The position numbers were made by a program, and so were the translations under genes. From IMG/VR virus record IMGVR_UViG_2565956719_000009: 31,137 nucleotides of DNA; one strand, written 5' to 3'. Below are positions 23,974 through 31,137 of the stretch, piece by piece. The notes beneath the pieces are model-generated. The model was not told the origin of the DNA. It did no database searches and saw only the letters and a list, made by a program, of their open reading frames with translations. This stretch comes from a virus. Taxonomy: Duplodnaviria > Heunggongvirae > Uroviricota > Caudoviricetes. Each line of letters opens with the position of its first letter. Positions within the stretch are counted from its first letter, which is position 1.

Positions 23974-25873
23974 TGCAGCCGGTGCGATAGCTACAGGGCT
24001 TTTATCTCTCATTATTCCTGTTCCACTGACGACAGTTCAGTGGGCCAATAAACATTATTACCTTCCTAAAGAGTCGTCTTATACCCCGGGGCGGTGGGAA
24101 ACACTGCCGTTTCAGGTTGGCATCATGAACTGTATGGGCAACGATTTGATTCGCACTGTTAACCTGATTAAATCTGCCCGTGTTGGTTATACAAAGATGT
24201 TGCTGGGAGTGGAGGCTTATTTTATTGAGCATAAATCACGCAACAGCCTTCTTTTTCAGCCCACGGACTCAGCTGCTGAAGATTTTATGAAATCTCATGT
24301 TGAGCCAACGATAAGGGATGTTCCTGCATTGCTGGAGCTGGCTCCATGGTTCGGAAGAAAACACCGCGATAATACGCTCACCCTGAAGCGTTTTTCCTCC
24401 GGTGTGGGGTTCTGGTGTCTGGGTGGTGCGGCAGCAAAAAACTACCGTGAAAAATCCGTGGATGTGGTCTGTTATGACGAGCTTTCCTCGTTCGAACCGG
24501 ATGTTGAAAAAGAGGGTTCGCCAACCCTGCTGGGGGATAAACGTATTGAGGGCTCTGTATGGCCAAAATCCATTCGCGGCTCGACGCCTAAAATCAAAGG
24601 CTCCTGCCAGATCGAAAAAGCCGCTAACGAGTCGGCACATTTCATGCGTTTTTATGTGCCCTGTCCGCACTGTGGGGAGGAGCAGTATCTGAAATTTGGC
24701 GATGATGCCTCGCCTTTCGGTCTTAAGTGGGAGAAGAATAAGCCAGAAAGTGTTTTCTACCTTTGTGAGCATCATGGCTGTGTGATCCATCAGTCTGAGC
24801 TTGACCAGAGTAACGGGCGGTGGATCTGTGAAAACACGGGCATGTGGACTCGTGACGGTCTGACATTTTTCAGCGCCGCGGATAATGAAATTCCGCCGCC
24901 GCGCTCCATCACATTCCATATCTGGACGGCGTACAGTCCGTTCACCACCTGGGTACAGATTGTCTATGACTGGCTGGATGCACTGAAAGATCCCAACGGC
25001 CTGAAAACCTTTGTGAACACCACGCTGGGCGAGACCTGGGAAGAGGCCGTGGGCGAAAAACTCGATCACCAGGTGCTGATGGATAAGGTTGTGCGTTACA
25101 CGGCTGCGGTGCCTTCCCGGGTGGTTTATCTGACGGCGGGCATTGACTCGCAGCGAAACCGTTTTGAGATGTATGTCTGGGGATGGGCTCCGGGAGAGGA
25201 AGCCTTTCTGGTGGATAAAATCATCATTATGGGGCGTCCCGATGAGGACGAGACGCTGTTACGTGTGGATGCGGCGATCAACAAAAAATACCGCCATGCA
25301 GACGGAACCGAAATGACCATTTCCCGTGTCTGCTGGGACACCGGGGGGATCGATGGCGAAATTGTCTATCAGAGGTCAAAAAAACACGGTGTTTTCCGGG
25401 TGCTGCCGGTAAAAGGCGCATCTGTCTATGGCAAGCCGGTGATCACCATGCCAAAAACCCGCAATCAGCGGGGCGTGTATCTGTGTGAAGTGGGGACGGA
25501 CACCGCAAAAGAAATTCTCTATGCCCGTATGAAAGCCGATCCCACGCCTGCGGATGAAGCCACGTCGTATGCCATCCGTTTTCCTGATGATCCGGAGATT
25601 TTTTCGCAGACAGAGGCGCAGCAACTGGTCGCGGAAGAGCTTGTGGAGAAGTGGGAAAAAGGAAAGATGCGTCTGCTGTGGGATAACAAAAAGCGGCGTA
25701 ACGAAGCGCTGGACTGCCTGGTGTATGCCTACGCGGCATTACGTGTGTCCGTGCAACGCTGGCAGCTTGATCTGGCTGTACTGGCAAAATCCCGGGAAGA
25801 AGAGACGACCCGGCCAACCCTTAAAGAACTGGCAGCGAAGCTGTCCGGAGGAGTGAATGGTTACAGTCGCTGA
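23945..25873 (+). CDS. A: Terminase large subunit (lambda gpA-like)
   Basis: [25 protein letters not shown].., Walker-like region, ..TTLGETWEE.. parallel lambda gpA; start taken at the internal ATG overlapping the Nu1 end (track ORF begins at 23903). Confidence 0.95.
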
Positions 25874-26063
25874 ACTGCAGGCGCTGCGTCAGGCGCGCCT
25901 TGATTTATTAACCGGTAAACGGGTGGTGTCTGTCCAGAAAGATGGTCGCAGAATTGAATATACGGCAGCTTCTCTGGATGAGCTTAACCGGGCGATCAAT
26001 GATGCGGAGTCGGTACTGGGGACAACCCGCCGTCGCCGTCGTCCGCTGGGAGTGAGGTTATGA
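25857..26063 (+). CDS. W: Head-tail joining protein gpW
   Basis: 68 aa; LTGKRVVSVQKDGRRIEYTAASLDEL resembles lambda gpW ([26 protein letters not shown]). Confidence 0.85.
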   Translation: MVTVAELQALRQARLDLLTGKRVVSVQKDGRRIEYTAASLDELNRAINDAESVLGTTRRRRRPLGVRL

Positions 26064-27652
26064 AACGAACGCCTGTCCTGATTGATGTGAACGGCGTTCC
26101 GCTTCGGGAGAGCCTCAGCTACACCGGTGGCGGTGCAGGATTTGGCGGGCAAATGGCAGAGTGGTTGCCACCCTCGCAGAGTGCCGATGCGGCCCTGCTG
26201 CCCGCGTTGCGTCTGGGGAATGCCCGTGCAGATGATCTGGTGCGCAATAACGGAATAGCGGCCAATGCGGTGGCCCTGCATAAGGATCACATTGTCGGGC
26301 ATATGTTTCTGATTAGCTACCGTCCGAACTGGCGCTGGCTGGGGATGCGGGAGACCGCGGCAAAAAGTTTTGTCGATGAGGTGGAGGCGGCCTGGTCAGA
26401 ATACGCAGAAGGGATGTTTGGTGAGATCGACGTGGAAGGGAAACGCACGTTTACGGAATTTATCCGTGAAGGTGTGGGCGTTCATGCGTTTAACGGCGAA
26501 ATCTTTGTGCAGCCGGTCTGGGATACGGAGAGTACGCAACTGTTTCGTACGCGTTTTAAAGCCGTGAGTCCGAAACGGGTGGACACGCCAGGACACGGTA
26601 TCGGGAACCGTTTTCTGCGGGCCGGTGTGGAGGTTGATCGATATGGCCGTGCCGTTGCGTACCATATCTGTGAGGATGATTTTCCTCGCTCCGGGAGTGG
26701 ACGATGGGAACGGATCCCGCGTGAACTACCCACCGGGCGTCCGGCCATGCTGCATATTTTCGAGCCGGTGGAGGACGGGCAGACCCGTGGAGCCAATCAG
26801 TTTTACAGCGTTATGGAACGGCTGAAGATGCTGGATTCCCTGCAGGCAACACAGCTTCAGTCGGCCATAGTGAAGGCGATGTATGCAGCGACGATTGAAA
26901 GTGACCTTGATACCGAAAAGGCCTTTGAATATATCGCCGGTGCGCCGCAGGGGCAGAAGGATAATCCGCTTATTAATATTCTGGATAAGTTCTCCACCTG
27001 GTATGACACGAATAGCGTGACGCTGGGCGGTGTCAAAATTCCGCACCTTTTCCCCGGTGATGATCTGAAACTTCAGACCGCGCAGGATTCAGACAATGGA
27101 TTTTCGGCGCTTGAACAGGCGCTGCTGCGGTATATCGCCGCCGGTCTTGGCGTTTCCTACGAACAGTTGTCCCGTGATTACTCGAAGGTCAGTTACTCAA
27201 GTGCCCGCGCCTCCGCCAATGAGTCGTGGCGCTATTTTATGGGGCGGCGAAAATTTATTGCGTCCCGGCTGGCCACGCAGATGTTTTCCTGCTGGCTGGA
27301 AGAGGCACTTCTTCGGGGGATTATTCGTCCGCCACGGGCACGGTTTGATTTTTATCAGGCGCGATCAGCCTGGTCACGGGCTGAGTGGATTGGAGCCGGA
27401 AGAATGGCCATTGACGGGCTCAAGGAGGTTCAGGAATCAGTGATGCGCATTGAGGCCGGACTGAGCACGTATGAGAAAGAGCTGGCGCTGATGGGCGAGG
27501 ATTATCAGGACATTTTCCGCCAGCAGGTCAGGGAATCTGCAGAGCGGGAAAAAGCCGGACTCTCACGTCCGGTGTGGATAGCGCAGGCGTATCAGCAGCA
27601 GATAGCGGAGAGTCGCAGGCCGGAAGAGGAGACAACACCACGTGAGACGTAA
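26060..27652 (+). CDS. B: Portal protein (lambda gpB-like)
   Basis: 530 aa; position and size match lambda gpB; start overlaps the W stop. Confidence 0.9.
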   Translation: MKRTPVLIDVNGVPLRESLSYTGGGAGFGGQMAEWLPPSQSADAALLPALRLGNARADDLVRNNGIAANAVALHKDHIVGHMFLISYRPNWRWLGMRETAAKSFVDEVEAAWSEYAEGMFGEIDVEGKRTFTEFIREGVGVHAFNGEIFVQPVWDTESTQLFRTRFKAVSPKRVDTPGHGIGNRFLRAGVEVDRYGRAVAYHICEDDFPRSGSGRWERIPRELPTGRPAMLHIFEPVEDGQTRGANQFYSVMERLKMLDSLQATQLQSAIVKAMYAATIESDLDTEKAFEYIAGAPQGQKDNPLINILDKFSTWYDTNSVTLGGVKIPHLFPGDDLKLQTAQDSDNGFSALEQALLRYIAAGLGVSYEQLSRDYSKVSYSSARASANESWRYFMGRRKFIASRLATQMFSCWLEEALLRGIIRPPRARFDFYQARSAWSRAEWIGAGRMAIDGLKEVQESVMRIEAGLSTYEKELALMGEDYQDIFRQQVRESAEREKAGLSRPVWIAQAYQQQIAESRRPEEETTPRET

Positions 27653-29147
27653 TCTTTCACACATTATTGCAGCAGCATTCAATGAACCGCTGCTTCTGGA
27701 GCCCGCCTATGCGCGGGTTTTCTTTTGCGCGCTGGGGCGCGAGATGGGGGCAGCAAGTCTTTCGGTACCGCAACAGCAGGTACAGCTTGATGCTCCCGGG
27801 ATGCTGGCTGAAACGGACGAGTACATGGCCGGAGGTAAACGACCGGCCCGTGTTTACCGGGTGGTGAACGGTATTGCGGTACTGCCGGTGACCGGCACGC
27901 TGGTGCACCGGCTGGGGGGGATGCGGCCATTTTCCGGAATGACTGGCTATGACGGCATTGTCGCCTGTCTTCAGCAGGCAATGGCAGATAGCCAGGTGCG
28001 GGGCATACTGCTGGACATTGACAGTCCGGGCGGGCAGGCCGCCGGCGCGTTTGACTGCGCTGACATGATTTACCGCCTCCGGCAGCAGAAGCCGGTCTGG
28101 GCACTGTGTAATGACACGGCCTGTTCTGCGGCCATGCTGCTGGCGTCGGCCTGCTCCCGACGGCTGGTTACCCAGACATCCCGTATCGGTTCCATTGGCG
28201 TGATGATGAGCCATGTCAGCTATGCCGGTCATCTGGCGCAGGCCGGTGTGGATATCACGCTGATTTACTCAGGGGCGCACAAGGTGGATGGCAATCAGTT
28301 TGAAGCGTTGCCGGCAGAGGTTCGCCAGGACATGCAGCAGCGGATTGATGCGGCGCGCCGGATGTTTGCCGAAAAAGTGGCGATGTTTACCGGTCTGTCT
28401 GTTGATGCAGTCACGGGAACAGAGGCCGCTGTTTTTGAAGGTCAGTCCGGCATTGAGGCCGGGCTGGCGGATGAATTAATCAATGCGTCGGATGCCATCA
28501 GTGTGATGGCCACGGCGCTGAACAGTAATGTCAGAGGAGGCACTATGCCGCAATTAACTGCAACGGAAGCCGCCGTGCAGGAGAACCAGCGAGTGATGGG
28601 GATCCTGACATGCCAGGAAGCGAAAGGACGTGAACAGCTTGCCACGATGCTGGCAGGGCAACAGGGCATGAGCGTTGAACAGGCCCGGGCGATTCTGGCC
28701 GCGGCGGCACCGCAGCAGCCGGTGGCATCCGCGCAGAGTGAAGCCGATCGCATTATGGCGTGTGAAGAAGCGAACGGTCGTGAACAACTGGCGGCAACGC
28801 TGGCGGCGATGCCGGAGATGACGGTGGAAAAAGCCCGCCCGATCCTGGCGGCTGCACCACTGGCGGATGCCGGGCCCTCGCTTCGTGATCAGATCATGGC
28901 CCTGGATGAGGCAAAAGGGGCAGAAGCGCAGGCTGAAAAACTGGCGGCCTGCCCGGGAATGACCGTGGAGAACGCCCGGGCTGTGCTGGCTGCGGGATCA
29001 GGTAAGGCCGAACCGGTCTCTGCATCCACAACCGCCCTGTTTGAACATTTCATGGCGAATCATTCACCGGCAGCGGTGCGGGGTGGCGTGTCACAGACGT
29101 CAGCAGACGGTGATGCGGACGTGAAAATGCTCATGGCCATGCCATGA
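27642..29147 (+). CDS. C: Prohead protease / scaffold (lambda gpC-Nu3-like, S49 peptidase domain) with triplicated C-terminal scaffold motif
   Basis: 501 aa; LSHIIAAAFNEPLLLEPAYARVFFCALG.. and ..GSIGVMMSHVSYAG.. parallel lambda C/Nu3; the C-terminus has three tandem ~45-aa repeats (IMxxxEAxGREQLAxxLA..M.VE.AR.ILAAA). Confidence 0.85.
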   Translation: MRRNLSHIIAAAFNEPLLLEPAYARVFFCALGREMGAASLSVPQQQVQLDAPGMLAETDEYMAGGKRPARVYRVVNGIAVLPVTGTLVHRLGGMRPFSGMTGYDGIVACLQQAMADSQVRGILLDIDSPGGQAAGAFDCADMIYRLRQQKPVWALCNDTACSAAMLLASACSRRLVTQTSRIGSIGVMMSHVSYAGHLAQAGVDITLIYSGAHKVDGNQFEALPAEVRQDMQQRIDAARRMFAEKVAMFTGLSVDAVTGTEAAVFEGQSGIEAGLADELINASDAISVMATALNSNVRGGTMPQLTATEAAVQENQRVMGILTCQEAKGREQLATMLAGQQGMSVEQARAILAAAAPQQPVASAQSEADRIMACEEANGREQLAATLAAMPEMTVEKARPILAAAPLADAGPSLRDQIMALDEAKGAEAQAEKLAACPGMTVENARAVLAAGSGKAEPVSASTTALFEHFMANHSPAAVRGGVSQTSADGDADVKMLMAMP

Positions 29148-29183
29148 AGTCAGTGCTGACCATCAATATGAGGTTTTAACAAA

Positions 29184-29531
29184 ATGGTGACGAAAACCAT
29201 CACTGAACAGCGTGCGGAAGTACGTATTTTTGCCGGTAATGATCCGGCTCATACCGCCACAGGCAGCAGCGGGATTTCTTCTGCAACACCGGCTCTGACG
29301 CCCCTGATGCTGGATGAAGCCACCGGGAAACTGGTGGTCTGGGATGGACAGAAAGCCGGTAGTGCGGTTGGCATACTGGTACTGCCGCTTGAAGGCACAG
29401 AGACGGTGCTGACCTATTACAAGTCGGGGACCTTTGCGACGGAGGCAATCCGCTGGCCTGACAGTGTGGATGAACACAAAAAGGCAAATGCCTTTGCCGG
29501 CACAGCCCTGAGTCACGCGGCTCTGCCGTAA
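29184..29531 (+). CDS. D: Head decoration protein gpD
   Basis: 115 aa; ..NDPAHTATG..TPLMLD..KLVVWDG..AVGIL..YKSGTF.. parallels lambda gpD. Confidence 0.85.
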   Translation: MVTKTITEQRAEVRIFAGNDPAHTATGSSGISSATPALTPLMLDEATGKLVVWDGQKAGSAVGILVLPLEGTETVLTYYKSGTFATEAIRWPDSVDEHKKANAFAGTALSHAALP

Positions 29532-29588
29532 CACGTTATCAGGCCACCATGGTGACCTGACTGATTTCTGAATGAAAGGAACTGATTT

Positions 29589-30617
29589 ATGGGATTGTTT
29601 ACGACCCGCCAGTTACTCGGTTATACCGAACAAAAAGTGAAATTCCGTGCGCTGTTTCTGGAGCTGTTTTTCCGCCGTACGGTGAATTTCCACACCGAAG
29701 AGGTGATGCTGGACAAAATTACCGGAAAAACGCCGGTGGCGGCCTATGTCTCCCCGATCGTTGAAGGAAAAGTGCTTCGCCATCGCGGTGGTGAAACCCG
29801 CGTGTTACGTCCGGGCTACGTCAAGCCGAAACACGAATTTAATTACCAGCAGGCGGTTGAGCGCCTTCCTGGTGAAGATCCGGCTCAGCTGAACGACCCG
29901 GCCTACCGTCGTCTGCGTATCATTACCGATAACCTCAAACAGGAAGAGCACGCCATTGTCCAGGTGGAAGAAATGCAGGCGGTGAATGCCGTGCTGTATG
30001 GCAAATACACCATGGAAGGGGATCAGTTTGATACTGTCGAGGTGGATTTCGGGCGCTCTGAAGGAAATAACATTGAGCAGGCTGACGGTAAAAAATGGTC
30101 TGAGCAGGACCGTGATACGTTTGATCCGACGCATGATATTGACCTCTACTGCGATCAGGCCAGCGGCCTTGTGAATATCGCCATTATGGACGGTACGGTC
30201 TGGCGTCTGCTGAATGGCTTTAAGCTGTTCCGCGAAAAACTGGATACCCGTCGCGGCTCAAATTCTCAACTCGAAACGGCAGTGAAAGATCTGGGCGCAG
30301 TGGTGTCCTTCAAGGGGTATTACGGCGATCTGGCCATTGTGGTGGCGAAAACGTCTTATGTGGCAGAGGACGGTACCGAAAAACGTTATCTGCCGGAGGG
30401 CATGCTGGTGTTGGGGAATACGGCGGCAGAGGGGATTCGTTGCTATGGTGCCATTAAGGATGCACAGGCGTTGTCTGAAGGAGTGGTGGCTTCTTCCCGT
30501 TACCCGAAACACTGGCTGACCGTGGGCGATCCGTCCTGTGAATTCACCATGACGCAGTCCGCTCCGCTGATGGTGCTGCCGGATCCGGATGAGTTTGTGG
30601 TGGTACAGGTGAAATAA
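29589..30617 (+). CDS. E: Major capsid protein gpE
   Basis: 342 aa; ..YVSPIV.G.V.R.RGG....PGYVKPKHE..DPAYRR.RII..QVEEMQAV.AVL.GKYTM.G..FD.VEVD.GRSE.NNI.. matches lambda gpE along its length. Confidence 0.9.
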   Translation: MGLFTTRQLLGYTEQKVKFRALFLELFFRRTVNFHTEEVMLDKITGKTPVAAYVSPIVEGKVLRHRGGETRVLRPGYVKPKHEFNYQQAVERLPGEDPAQLNDPAYRRLRIITDNLKQEEHAIVQVEEMQAVNAVLYGKYTMEGDQFDTVEVDFGRSEGNNIEQADGKKWSEQDRDTFDPTHDIDLYCDQASGLVNIAIMDGTVWRLLNGFKLFREKLDTRRGSNSQLETAVKDLGAVVSFKGYYGDLAIVVAKTSYVAEDGTEKRYLPEGMLVLGNTAAEGIRCYGAIKDAQALSEGVVASSRYPKHWLTVGDPSCEFTMTQSAPLMVLPDPDEFVVVQVK

Positions 30618-30668
30618 TCCGTGAGCGGGGGCGAAATGCCCCCGTGTCTTTTTTCACAGGAGGCTGAG

Positions 30669-31052
30669 ATGGCAACAAAAGAAGAAAATCTGAATCGTCT
30701 TCGTCAACTGGCTGACCTGCTGGGGCGCGAGGCGGATATGTCGGGGAGTGCTGCGGATATTGCTCAACGTGTGTCTGAGTGGGAAGAGGAGCTTGCTGTT
30801 TCCCCGGAGGGCATTATGCACTCTGATGAGAGCGGGGCTGATCAAAATCACACAGACGATGGTGAGCAGTTGAACAACACGGATGCTCCGGATGATGTTA
30901 AAGCCGTCCGGGTACGGAAGTGCCTGCAAGTAATGGGGTATTGCCCGGAGACAGGTCGTCCCGTTGAGCTGGCGTTACGGGGTATGCGTGTTCTGGTGCC
31001 ATCATCACTGGCAACGGCCATGATACAGCACGGAACGGCTGAATATGCGTGA
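30669..31052 (+). CDS. DNA-packaging protein FI-like
   Basis: About 127 aa from MATKEENLNRLRQL.. (RBS AGGAGG); acidic middle; position between E and FII as in lambda. Confidence 0.55.
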   Translation: MATKEENLNRLRQLADLLGREADMSGSAADIAQRVSEWEEELAVSPEGIMHSDESGADQNHTDDGEQLNNTDAPDDVKAVRVRKCLQVMGYCPETGRPVELALRGMRVLVPSSLATAMIQHGTAEYA

Positions 31053-31137
31053 TTTTCAGAATGCCTTTGATGCTGCCCTCGCCGGGGTAGACAGTACGAT
31101 CGTTGAAGTGATGGGGCTCTGTGCGCAGTTCACCTCG
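31045..31137 (+). CDS. Head completion protein FII-like, 5' fragment (truncated by window end)
   Basis: MRDFQNAFDAALAGVDSTIVEVMGLCAQFTS.. resembles the lambda FII N-terminus (MADFDNLFDAAIARADETIRGYMG..); continues past the window. Confidence 0.55.
   Translation, partial: MRDFQNAFDAALAGVDSTIVEVMGLCAQFTS

Noticed and set aside
24269-25069. 266-aa minus-strand ORF inside the terminase large-subunit gene
   Set aside because: Antisense to a gene that parallels lambda gpA along its whole length; no motif; shadow ORF.
27657-28232. 191-aa and 141-aa minus-strand ORFs inside the gpC-like gene
   Set aside because: Antisense to a well-supported protease/scaffold gene; Arg/Pro/Ala-rich translations caused by high GC; no independent support.
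1-31137. CRISPR arrays, rRNA genes, integron attC sites
   Set aside because: No regularly spaced direct repeats with unique spacers and no rRNA-like sequence; the repeats found are IS ends, iterons, operators and the duplicated noncoding modules.

Overview
This window is a lambda-like, cos-packaging prophage segment of an E. coli-type genome in canonical prophage order, beginning at the integrase and ending in the head genes. Left to right: int/xis and a RecE-like exonuclease (minus strand), an IS2 insertion, a Rac-like immunity region (HTH repressor flanked by operator clusters, Cro/YdaS-like, YdaT-like), an O-like initiator with in-gene iterons plus a DnaC-like loader, a moron cluster (QueH-like epoxyqueuosine reductase, HokD-type toxin), a nin-like block (DUF968-like, RusA, putative Q), a terminator-rich late leader carrying an orphan DPPY DNA methyltransferase and three tRNAs, a ~1 kb noncoding stretch with two paralogous structured modules in the slot where Stx phages carry stxAB, the lysis cassette (S21-type pinholin, an IS629-disrupted gene, SAR endolysin, Rz/Rz1), minus-strand morons, cos, and Nu1-A-W-B-C-D-E-FI-(FII). 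No CRISPR array, rRNA or stx genes are present; attL lies outside the window. The two leads I rate highest are the paired sRNA-like modules and the prophage-borne QueH-like gene. CDS coordinates follow the supplied ORF track; hand-counted coordinates for RNA and DNA motifs may be off by 1-2 nt. Protein family calls rest on recalled lambda/Rac/Qin/IS sequences and motifs, not on a database search.
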